A stretch of 64,000 nucleotides of DNA from Eledone cirrhosa (Eukaryota). Positions 13,902 to 26,200 of this stretch are shown here, piece by piece. The stretch is taken from assembly GCA_964016885.1 (NCBI GenBank), contig OZ024746.1, positions 16,368,001 through 16,432,000 of the forward strand, in the 5' to 3' direction. The position numbers and the translations under genes are program-made. How positions within the stretch are numbered: position 1 is the first letter of the stretch; each line of letters starts with the position of its first letter. A model generated the notes under the pieces. It had not been told where the DNA came from. It saw only the letters and a program-made list of their open reading frames with translations, and ran no database searches.

Positions 13902-15453
13902 CATCATCATCATCATCATCATCATCGTTTAACGTCCGTGTTCCACGCTTGCATGGGTTTGGACGGGGGTTTTCCCACTTGAGGCAAGAGTGGTTGTCTT
14001 GCTCGCATAGGACTGTCTGGCGGGTTTTCTACAGTTGGATGCCCTTCCTAACACCAACCACATTTACAGTGTGGGGCTGGGAGGTTTTTACCGTGTTGCC
14101 TACACGGCCACATTACAGCGTGGACTGTCTGGCGGGTTTTCTACGGTTGGATGCCCTTCCTAACACCAACCACATTTACAGTGTGGGGCTGGGAGGTTTT
14201 TACCGTGTTGCCTACACGGCCACATTACAGCGTGGACTGTCTGGCAGGTTTTCTACGGTTGGATGCCCTTCCTAACACCAACCACATTTACAGTGTGGGT
14301 CTGGGAGGTTTTTACCGTGTTGCCTACACGGCCACATTACAGCGTGGACTGTGTGGCGGGTTTTCTACAGCTGGATGCCCTTCCTAACACCAACCACATT
14401 TACAGTGTGGGGCTGGGAGGTTTTTACCGTGTTGCCTACACGGCCACATTACAGCGTGGACTGTCTGGCGGGTTTTCTACGGTTGGATGCCCTTCCTAAC
14501 ACCAACCACATTTACAGTGTGGGGCTGGGAGGTTTTTACCGTGTTGCCTACACGGCCACATTACAGCGTGGACTGTCTGGCAGGTTTTCTACGGTTGGAT
14601 GCCCTTCCTAACACCAACCACATTTACAGTGTGGGTCTGGGAGGTTTTTACCGTGTTGCCTACACGGCCACATTACAGCGTGGACTGTGTGGCGGGTTTT
14701 CTACAGCTGGATGCCCTTCCTAACACCAACCACATTTACAGTGTGGGTCTGGGAGGTTTTTACCGTGTTGCCTACACGGCCACATTACAGCGTGGACTGT
14801 GTGGCGGGTTTTCTACAGCTGGATGCCCTTCCTAACACCAACCACATTTACAGTGTGGGGCTGGGAGGTTTTTACCGTGTTGCCTACACGGCCACATTAC
14901 AGCGTGGACTGTCTGGCGGGTTTTCTACAGCTGGATGCCCTTCCTAACACCAACCACATTTACAGTGTGGGTCTGGGAGGTTTTTACCGTGTTGCCTACA
15001 AGGCCACATTACAGCGTGGACTGTGTGGCGGGTTTTCTACAGTTGGATGCCCTTCCTAACACCAACCACATTTACAGTGTGGGGCTGGGAGGTTTTTACC
15101 GTGTTGCCTACACGGCCACATTACAGCGTGGACTGTGTGTTTTTTTGTCGTGACACCTACACGATCTCATTTGTTTCGGCCTGGATGGTGTGGCACCAAC
15201 ATAACTTTACATAGAAGGGGGCGGTGTGGATGGGGTGGAGGTGGTGGGACGGGGTGTATTTTGTTAGAGATGCCTACTGACTGTAGTAGGTTTTACTATG
15301 TATTTAGGTAAGGCGGGTCTTCTCTATTACTGAGTACCGCCAAAGGTCTCGGTCCAGTGACATTGTCTTGGATATATATATATATATTATATATATATAG
15401 AGAGATATCAGCTTATTATTCAGCAGAGACTCAATACTTGGGATAGTAGAGTG

Positions 15454-15490
<37 letters not shown>

Positions 15491-16039
15491 TAGTTCCGCA
15501 ACAAATTAGCAAACCATCCTCGAGGATGCGCATTTCACCCAACAGATTTTCAACAATATATCATCATCATCATCATCATCATCATTTAACGTCTATCTTC
15601 CACACTAACATGGGTTAGACGGTTTTGTTCCAATTATATATATTTAGTGAGAGAGAGAGAAGGGGAATAGATATAGATATAGATATATAATATATCATTT
15701 GTAGAATTATTCTGAGATTGTGTAAGCTCTATGGTTTAGAGACGCCATAGACATAAAGCTTCGATGTGATATTCATCTGGTATGATATTCTATTGATATT
15801 AACAGGTAATCTATAAATCAAGTTACACCATTATCACAGCATATGAAATAACTGAATTAATTCCTTTGTTTGAACATACAACAGTGAAATAATATTACAA
15901 TTGTGATCATTAAATTCATTTATCTTGGAAGTGAAATTTATATGAAATCCATTATATATCAACCAATTTATCAACATTATATGTACTGTATGTGTATGAC
16001 TATATACACACATATGTATGTATATATATATATATGTGC

Positions 16040-16070
<31 letters not shown>

Positions 16071-17976
16071 TATATATATATATAGAGAGAGAGAGATATA
16101 CATAAGTGCATACAAACATACACACACAATATATATGGGTATGTGTATGTGTGTACATTTCTAATATATATATATGTGCGTGTCTGTGTTTGTATGTGGG
16201 TGTCTGTGAGTGTGTCTATGCATCTGTGTCTGTAAGTGTGCGTCTGTGTGTGTGTGTGTGTATGTTACTTGGGTTGTTTAATCAATCTCAAGGCATAAAT
16301 TTACGACTTCTATGAAACTAATTAAATAATTCACAATGTTGTGGTCTCTCAATTTATACACCTCTCGTTTGCTATTTTCATTATCAACTTATTTTAATTA
16401 GATCCCTGTATAGTAGATAAGAATCAAATGACAATAATGGCTAAAGAAAATAATTGTTTCTACGTTAGGCACAAGGCCAGCAATTACCCAGTGCATTACT
16501 GGTACTTTATTTTATCGACCCCGTAAGGATGAAAGGCAAAGTCAACCTCGGTGGGATTTGAACTCAGATCGTAAAGGGACGTAACTATGCTGGAAAGCAT
16601 GGCGTCCGACCCTCTACTGATACTGCCAATCCACCATAAAGAAAATAATGAGAATATATTAGAAGAGTTGAAATATGTGAGGAGAGGTAGAAAGAAGAGA
16701 AAGAGGAAATGGTTAAAATTCACAGAAATTAAGAGACAGATTTGAAAACCATATTTTTGGTAAAGAACTTAATTCCCAAGAGTTTACATGGATTTCCTCA
16801 CACCAACAATATCATGTTGGCATTATTGTTTTTATTACCACTTTTCACGTGGCCCAGTGGTAAGGGTGTTGGACTTACAATCATAATGCTGTGGGTTTGA
16901 TTTTTGGACAGGGTTGTGTATTGTGTTCTTGAGCAAAACACTTCATTTCATGTTGCTCCAGTATACTCAGATGAAAATGAGTACCAGCAGCAATAACTGG
17001 GTGTTTAACCCTGTGATGGACTGGTGTCATATCCAGTGGGAAGTTTTGTACTCACAGTCCCTTAATGCCACAGAAAGTTTCTGAGAGAGCATTCATGTTT
17101 TTGCCTTCAAATAACATGACAGATTCAACCATTGTTGCTAATAAGACTCTGATTGTAATCCTCTTCCATGAGGATGACTCCCAGATCTTTGGTAGCTTAT
17201 GACTTATTGTAGGATTGCCTTTCATTTGTTGCTATCTTTCTCTGATCTAACTATTCCAACTCAAAGATATTTGACATTTTCAGCTATTTTAGTTAAGGAT
17301 CATTTTTGGTTTATGATGCTGAGTTTAAGGTTGCTGATCCTGTATAATGAGTTTATCATCACTGATCCTCTATGTTGAGTTTATCATCACTGACCCTTTA
17401 TGTTGAGTTTATCATCACTGAGTCAATATGTTAAGTTTATCATCACTAAATCTGTCTGTTAAGTTTATCATCACTAAGTCTGTATGATTTAATTGCATAA
17501 TCTCTGTTTTCTTAGTGTTGTTGAATAGACTAACATTCTCAGCTTCTTTCCCAAATATCTTATCACCTAATTGGTTAGATTCCTTGCTCCTTTGTCTCAA
17601 GATATAATAATTGACAACAAATATAACATAATTTCAGCTAAGCATTTTAACTCTATTTCTCGAAGGTCTCATTGGAAATTTATTACAGTCAGTATATAGT
17701 GAGATGGCAATAAGATCTCAATAACTCTGTCTGTTTTTCTGTCTTCGTTCCTAAATATAACTAATTTCATTTGCATTGCTGATACCCTTGTGAAATGTAT
17801 GAATGATGAAACTTCCCAATTCTTTATATTCATAAATTTGAAACTTTAAACTTTAAGATCATTATTCGAGATCTTAAAATTTATGTCATGCAGAATTTCA
17901 ACATGAATAAATATTGATTTTAATCTGACAAATCAATTAAATATTAATAAAACTCTTCTATTATTATTATTATTGA

Positions 17977-18022
<46 letters not shown>

Positions 18023-19919
18023 GTCGTTTTTATTATTGTCGTTTTTATTTTTATTGTTGTTATCGTTGTCAGTTTCCTTTTCTTTCCAAAGCTAAATTCT
18101 TGTGTTTCCAACTGTCTCAGAATTCTAAATATTCCAAGACATTTTGTCCAATGTTCTAATATGTCTGACTATCCCTTACCAAATAATTGAAATAGTTAGA
18201 AAGAAATAATGATAGTTATGTCTTCACCAAATCTACCAATCGTGTACCTCTCCCTTCACCCCACAGTAAGATGTCACCCATCTTCTGAATGTGGCATCAG
18301 TTCTCTGGTGATACACATTCATTTCACGTAAAAATACCCAAGTTTCTCTTGCTTCCCATTTTTTCTTTATCTTTTTTATGTTTATGTTGTCTCTAGCTGG
18401 CCTTCCATATTTGAATATTTTTAATTTTAATTTTTATTTTTATATTCACTTATCACTGTATATTTTGTTTTTGTTTCTCAACAGTAAGAAGTACTAGATA
18501 CTCCCCCTAGTCTGTCATGGCTTACTAGCTTTATACAGACATTTAAATTGATTAAATAAATAAATACCCCATCCTTAGTATTACATTGTGTCTGTGGCCA
18601 AGAGATTTGTGATCCATAGCACAGTGCATGTAGATGTAAATAGGTTCCACACACAGAGATGAAACTTACTCTGGAAGTTGTGTCAGCTCTCCATAAGTGT
18701 TTAGGGAAAAGAGAAGGGCAGTATGTATGTCTGTTGTACAAAGTCTCAGAGATTTGTGGGAAGAAAGGAAGGAGATGAGATCATGTCAGGGATCAGGTCT
18801 TTATATTAAACCAGATGACTTATAGTAGGTGACTCAAAACTAGAGATGTGACATGAATGCTTGTTAAAGGTAGCCAGGGACCATGTGTTTATATTAAACT
18901 AGATGTGGCTGAAATCTGATGGTGAAGTCAATAAGATATAAATACCTGTTGATGTCCATGTCACAGATAAAGAATTATTTACCAAATCAGGGAACTGAAT
19001 GTTGTATTTCCTAACAGAAAGGTTTCTTGTTTGAATATTCTTCAAAAGTGAACAGTTCTAGGAATTTGGTCACCTATGGAGGTAATTTAATGAAAAATTG
19101 TTAAAACAAAGATGAATTAAATTTAATGATTTGTTTGTTTTAAACATTATTATTATTATTTGTGGCATAGAGTTACGGCCCTTTATGCTCTGAGTTCAAA
19201 TCCTGCTGAGGTTAGCTTTGTCTTTCGTCCTTACGGGGTCGATAAAATAAAGCACCAGTTATGTACTGGAGTTGATTTAATCCACTTTCACCTCGCCCAA
19301 GATTGTTGGTCTTGTGTCTGAATCAGAAACCATTATTAGTTTTTGGATTGGCAGTATCAGTAGAGGGTCGGACGCCATGCTTTGCAGCATAGTTACGTCC
19401 CTTTACGATCTAAGTTCAAATCCCGCCGAGGTTGACTTTGCCTTTCATCCTTACGAGGTCGATAAAATAAAGTACCAGTAATGCACTGGGTAATTGCTGG
19501 CCTTGTGCCAAAAGTAGAAACAATTATTTTCTTTAGCCATTATTGTCATTTGATTCTTTTCTACTATACAGGGATCTAATTAAAATAAGTTGATAATGAA
19601 AATACCAAACGAGAGGTGTATAAATTGAGAGACCACAACATTGTGAATTATTTAATTAGTTTCATAGAAGTCGTAAATTTATGCCTTGAGATTGATTAAA
19701 CAACCCAAGTAACATACACACACACACACACATAGACGCACAGATGCACATTTACAGACACAAACACAGACACATAGACACACACATACTCACAGACGAA
19801 TAAACACATTCACAGACACATACACACACACTGCTTCAATCCCACCTATACATATATTGTGTGTGTATGTGTATAAGTATATCTGTCTAGCTATCTGTGT
19901 CTCTTTCTCAGTCTCTCTC

Positions 19920-19972
<53 letters not shown>

Positions 19973-20196
19973 ATATATATATGTATGTATATATATGTAT
20001 ATATGTATGTCTATATATATATGTATGTATATATATATGTATATATATATGTGTATATGTATGTATATATGTATGTATATATGTATATATATATATGTGT
20101 ATATGTATGTATATATATGTATATATGTATGTCTATATATGTATGTCTATATATGTATATCTATATATGTATGTATACATATATATGTATGTATAC

Positions 20197-20232
<36 letters not shown>

Positions 20233-23200
20233 GTGTGTGTGTGTGGATACACACATATGACTGTCTTCAGATATAACTGATGCTATTACCTCTTGAAATA
20301 TCAAGTGTCCAATATGATATTTAAATATATCAATTCGAATTGGTAAGTAGGGATCCACAGGAAGGATATTCCAATATTTAGGAGGATAGAAAGAGGAAAT
20401 GCGTGTCATTTATTTTCATTTTAAAATAGTTAACTTCTTGATATGAAGAACGAGATTCCAAATAGCAGCAGGAGGAATGCTATGAACACATTTAAATATC
20501 ACTGAGACATCTTTGAATAATATTTTCAAATCAATATTAAGCTAGTGAAGTTTTATACACTGACCTTTGACATTCTCATAATTTTACATATCGAACGTAA
20601 GACAGAGTGCAACATTTTCAACATATAATTTATTAATGTTTGACCTACAAATACCAACAAACAGAAAATTACATTAGTATGTCTGAAAGATTTTACAATG
20701 AAACCAAAACAAGTCTTGTTATAATATCTGCAATAAAGATAGTAACTGCAGCAGATCATTATCAGTGAAATTCTGTAAAGTCTATAACTGAATATCCAGA
20801 AATTATAGAATATTGATGAAACAGAACATTTTTACCAGTTTTAGCTAAAGTAAAGTATGTAGTTTATATTCTCTGCCGTTCTCATCCCCCCCACCCTTCA
20901 ATCGAACTCATTTTATTTATTTCGTCATACCCTCCCATCATTATCTAGCCCACCACCACCACCACCACCTCCAATTCAATCTTGTTGTCTTGATTGAATG
21001 ACAGCAACATAGAGAAATGAATATCTTTCAGTCTTGTGAATCCCATAGCAAACTGCCCGATGTTAGTGCCATGATAAGATGCACCCAGTACACTCTCTAA
21101 AGTGGTTGGCATTAGGAAAGACATCCAGCCATAGAAGTCAGGCCTAAAAAGAAATATACAAATAACGAGACAAGACTCTGATTCACTCTAGATTAGATGG
21201 GGCCACACTATATCCCTACATGTTGTAGGTGATTAAAAGTGTTGGGGTGAAGAAGGACATCTGGCTGTAAAACATTGCCTTTAAAAGGGCCACACTATAT
21301 CCTTGCATGTTATAGGAGGTGATTGAAAGTGTTGGGACTAAGGATGTCTGGCTATAAAACATTGCACTAAAAGGCACCCCATAATGAGAATGACTTTTAT
21401 TATAGGGTCCACAACATTAAAGATGCTTTAGAAGGAAAAATGGAAGATAGCTTTAATATGTTTGTTGTGATGATTTAATGTGTCTGGTATTTGAAAAAAG
21501 AATTAAATCATTTCAATGCAAAATCACAGAGATCAATAGCAATATGTAGAATATTCAATATCCAATAGAGTATTGTAATTGAGAGTATAAAAATCAGAGA
21601 GACAAACAATCAATAGAACAGCTATTCTGTGGTTGGTATCAATAAACACCATTACATTATTGATGGATTTCAACTGATAGATTTTACTTCTATGATGTTG
21701 CTTAAAACATATTGATTCTCAATGCATATATAATATAACAATCATATTGAACATACAATATATAACAGTTATATATAGCACACAATATGTAACTGTTATA
21801 TATAACACACAATATATAACAGTTATATATAGCACACAATATGTAACTGTTATATATAATACACAATATATAACTGTTATATATAACACACAATATGTAA
21901 CTGTTATATATAACACACAATATGTAACTGTTATATATAACACACAATATATAACTGTTATATATAGCACACAATATATAACTGTTATATATAACACACA
22001 ATATATAACTGTTATATATAACATACAATATATAACAGTTATATACAACATGCAATATATAACTGCTACAGTAAGCATATAATATATAACAGTTATATTC
22101 AGCATATGATATATAGATATACTCAACACACAATATACAACAGTTATAGCTGACATATAATATGTAACAGTTGTATACAACACAATATATATAATAGCTA
22201 TAGCCAACATGCAATAATAGTTATAGTCAACATACTATAACAGTTTTAATCAACATATAATATATAACAGTTTTATACAACGTACACTATATAACATTTA
22301 TACCCAACACAGTATTTAAGTTATATCCAACACACTGTATATAACAGTTATATCCAACACACTGTATATAACAGTTATATCCAACACTCTGTATATAACA
22401 GTTATATCCAACATGCTGTATATAACAGTTATATCCAATACACTGTATATAACAGTTATATCCAACATGCTGTATATAACAGTTATATCCAATACACTGT
22501 ATATAACAGTTATATCCAACACTCTGTATATACCAGTTATATCCAACACTCTGTATATAACAGTTATATCCAACACACTGTATATAACAGTTATATCCAA
22601 CACACTGTATATAACAGTTATATCCAACACTCTGTATATAACAGTTATATCCAACACTCTGTATATAACAGTTATATCCAACACACTGTATATAACAGTT
22701 ATATCCAACACACTGTATATAACAGTTATATCCAACACACTGTATATAACAGTTATATCCAACACACTGTATATAACAGTTATATCCAACACTCTGTATA
22801 TAACAGTTATATCCAACACACTGTATATAACAGTTATATCCAACACACTGTATATAACAGTTATATCCAACATGCTGTATATAACAGTTATATCCAACAC
22901 ACTGTATATAACAGTTATATCCAACACACTGTATATAACAGTTATATCCAACACACTGTATATAACAGTTATATCCAACACTCTGTATATAACAGTTATA
23001 TCCAACACACTGTATATAACAGTTATATCCAACACTCTGTATATAACAGTTATATCCAACACACTGTATATAACAGTTATATCCAACACACTGTATATAA
23101 CAGTTATATCCAACACACTGTATATAACAGTTATATCCAACACACTGTATATAACAGTTATATCCAACACACTGTATATAACAGTTATATCCAACACTCT

Positions 23201-26200
23201 GTATATAACAGTTATATCCAACACACTGTATATAACAGTTATATCCAACACACTGTATATAACAGTTATATCCAACACTCTGTATATAACAGTTATATCC
23301 AACACACTGTATATAACAGTTATATCCAACACTCTGTATATAACAGTTATATCCAACACACTGTATATAACAGTTATATCCAACACTCTGTATATAACAG
23401 TTATATCCAACACACTGTATATAACAGTTATATCCAACACTCTGTATATAACAGTTATATCCAACACTCTGTATATAACAGTTATATCCAACACACTGTA
23501 TATAACAGTTATATCCAACACACTGTATATAACAGTTATATCCAACACTCTGTATATAACAGTTATATCCAACACACTGTATCACAATCACCGTTTTACG
23601 TCCGTTCTTCCACACTAGCATGGGTTAGACAGGTTGTCCTGTTGTGGGCAGTAGCCGGTCGGCTGACCATGTCTTGTCCATACAGAACTGATTTGGGCTT
23701 GATTTCTACAGCTGGATGCCCTTCCTAACACCAACCTCAGAGTGCTGGGTGCTTTTTTTCCGTGGCGCCTACACTTCCACTTTACAGTGTGGGCTGGGTG
23801 GTTTTTTGCCGTGGCACCTCCATGGCCACTTTGCAGTGGGATGGAGTGGGGGCATATTGTCTATATGCTTCAGCTTCAGCTTGTACCCATATATAACAGT
23901 TATATCCAACACACTGTATATAACAGTTATATCCAACACACTATATAACAATTATATCCAACACACTGTATATAACAGTTAGATTGAACACGATGTATAT
24001 AACAGTTATATTCAATACACTGTATATAACAGTTATATCCAACACATTGTATATAACAGTTATATCCAATACACTGTATATAACAGTTATATCCAACAAG
24101 GTTTTAAGAGTTAAACTTTGATTAAAGATGTGGGAATTAATATAGTAAGACAAAATATTCCACATATATATATAAAGTTATATCTATAAATACAGAGAGT
24201 GAAACTTCAACAGCACAAAAGTATATAAATATATACACATAGCTAATATGTAGGGATGTAAACATGCCAGAAAATACACTTTTCTAGTTACATGCTCTGT
24301 ATTTATATAGATATAACTTTATTGTACATTTTGTTTGCTGGCACACCTCTTAATAAATATATATATATGGAGGCACATGGCTTAGTGGTTAGAGTATTGG
24401 CCTTGCAATCGAAAGGTTGTGAGTTCAATTCTCAGACTGGGTGATGTGTTGTTTCCTTGAGCAAGACACTTTATTTCACATTGCTCCACTTTACTCAGCT
24501 GTAGAAATGAGATGATAGGGACTGGGGTCCCTATCATTCCACTGCAAAGTGGTCGTGGAGGTGCCATGGCAAAAAAGCACACAGTACTCACTGTAAATGA
24601 GGTTGGTGATAGGAAGGGCATCCAGCTGTAGAAATCAAGCCAGAATCAGTTCCCGTCCCACCCTTGCAAGCAGGGAAAAGTGGACGTAAAATGAAATGAT
24701 GATGATGATGATGATGATGTATCTTATACTGACACAATTCTTGTGATATCTGTTATAATCTGATGTGCTGTCTTTTAGATATCAATCTATGTGAAAAGAA
24801 CAATGGTAAATGCCAACATCATTGTGTTCCTTCAAAGGGAAGTTATTTCTGTAAATGTAAAGCCGGTTTCACTCTCAATCCTAATGGTCATTCATGTAAA
24901 GGTAAATGTTTATTTATTTAATCACTTTAAACGTCTGTATAGAGTTAGTAATCCATGACAGACTAAGTGAAGTATCTAGTACTTCTTATAGTTGAGAAAC
25001 AAAAAACAAAATAGACAAAAATAAGAGAAAATAAAAATTAAAAATAATATAAATTTGAAATAGGGAGAGCCAACAGGAGGAAGAAGAAGCATAAAAGAAA
25101 AAACAAGGAAAGCTGTAAAGCACCCAGAAGTTTCTACACTTTGTGGTGTTTATTCATATACTCTCAGGTTGCTTGGTTACTAGCCTCAAATGAATTTCAA
25201 TGACTAAAATCCAAGAATAAAATACTGTAATTAAAAATATTAATTATGCAAAACTAATTAATTATCTTGATCATGTTTAATATTTTCTGTGGCAGCTAAA
25301 TTCTGTGACCAGTTTCAAATACCTGAAAATGCTATTGTAAAGAACCAGCATTGTGTAAAGGACAGTGTAATGAAAATTGGCAGTCAGTGCCATGTGAAAT
25401 GTCACAAAGGATTCCATTTGATTGGATCTCCAACTTTTAAGTGTTTAAAAGATGGTAATTGGTCAAAGAAGAAGGCCACATGTGAAGGTAAATTATTTCT
25501 TCTTGTTTCCCACATTTCATATTTTGTATCACAATGTCTTGTGTCACCCACATTTCATATTTCGCATAACAATGGCTTGTGTCACCCACATTTCATATTT
25601 CGTATAACAATGTATTGTGTCACCCACATTTCATATTTCGTATAACAATGTCTTGTGTCACCCACATTTCATATTTCGTATAACAATGTCTTGTGTCACC
25701 CATGCATGTTTCATATTTCATGTAACAATATGTTGTGACACCCAGATTTTACATTCAAACAGCCGTGATGTATGTAAAATATTAACAATATAATCTGCTG
25801 TAGTAAGAAATGACTGATATGTTTTACAGTTTTCGGTAACGATCTGTAAAACAAATTGGTTCTCAGTTTCATCTTTTGTGGGAATGTTATTGTAATCCTG
25901 AGTTTGAGACCTCTTTCTGCAACAACTGTCTTCTCAAGTTTTTCAAGTCCACTTTTGTAACCAGGATCTTCCTTCCATGTTGAAAGGTCTTTTGTTGAGG
26001 AAATCAGTGTTGATAGAACATTTTGTGAAGAAACTTTTTGTACCAGGAGTTCCAAAAGACAAAAACTCAATGTTTGTAAAGGAAGAAAAGTCATTTTGGT
26101 GCAAAATGTACCTCTTCAGTTGATTTTTTCACCTTTGTCTGCTTCCCGCATAACTTGAGCAACATTTGCCTTAACATCTCCTTGCTCTCTTTGCTCTCCT

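Noticed and set aside
14010-15138. CRISPR-like appearance of this and the other regular arrays (27, 30, 17 and 51 bp)
   Set aside because: Units are contiguous with no unique spacers, there are no cas genes, and the context is a eukaryotic intron
18560-19080. Possible old LINE 3' remnant on the minus strand
   Set aside because: Too degenerate to assign from translation
22287-23621. 400-444 aa periodic ORFs on both strands
   Set aside because: 27-bp minisatellite whose unit lacks stops; no synonymous-site pattern
7568-24778. Missing sushi exon or nested protein gene in the 17-kb intron
   Set aside because: No Cys-patterned exon with splice sites found by eye, and the flanking exons join in phase; a small exon cannot be fully excluded
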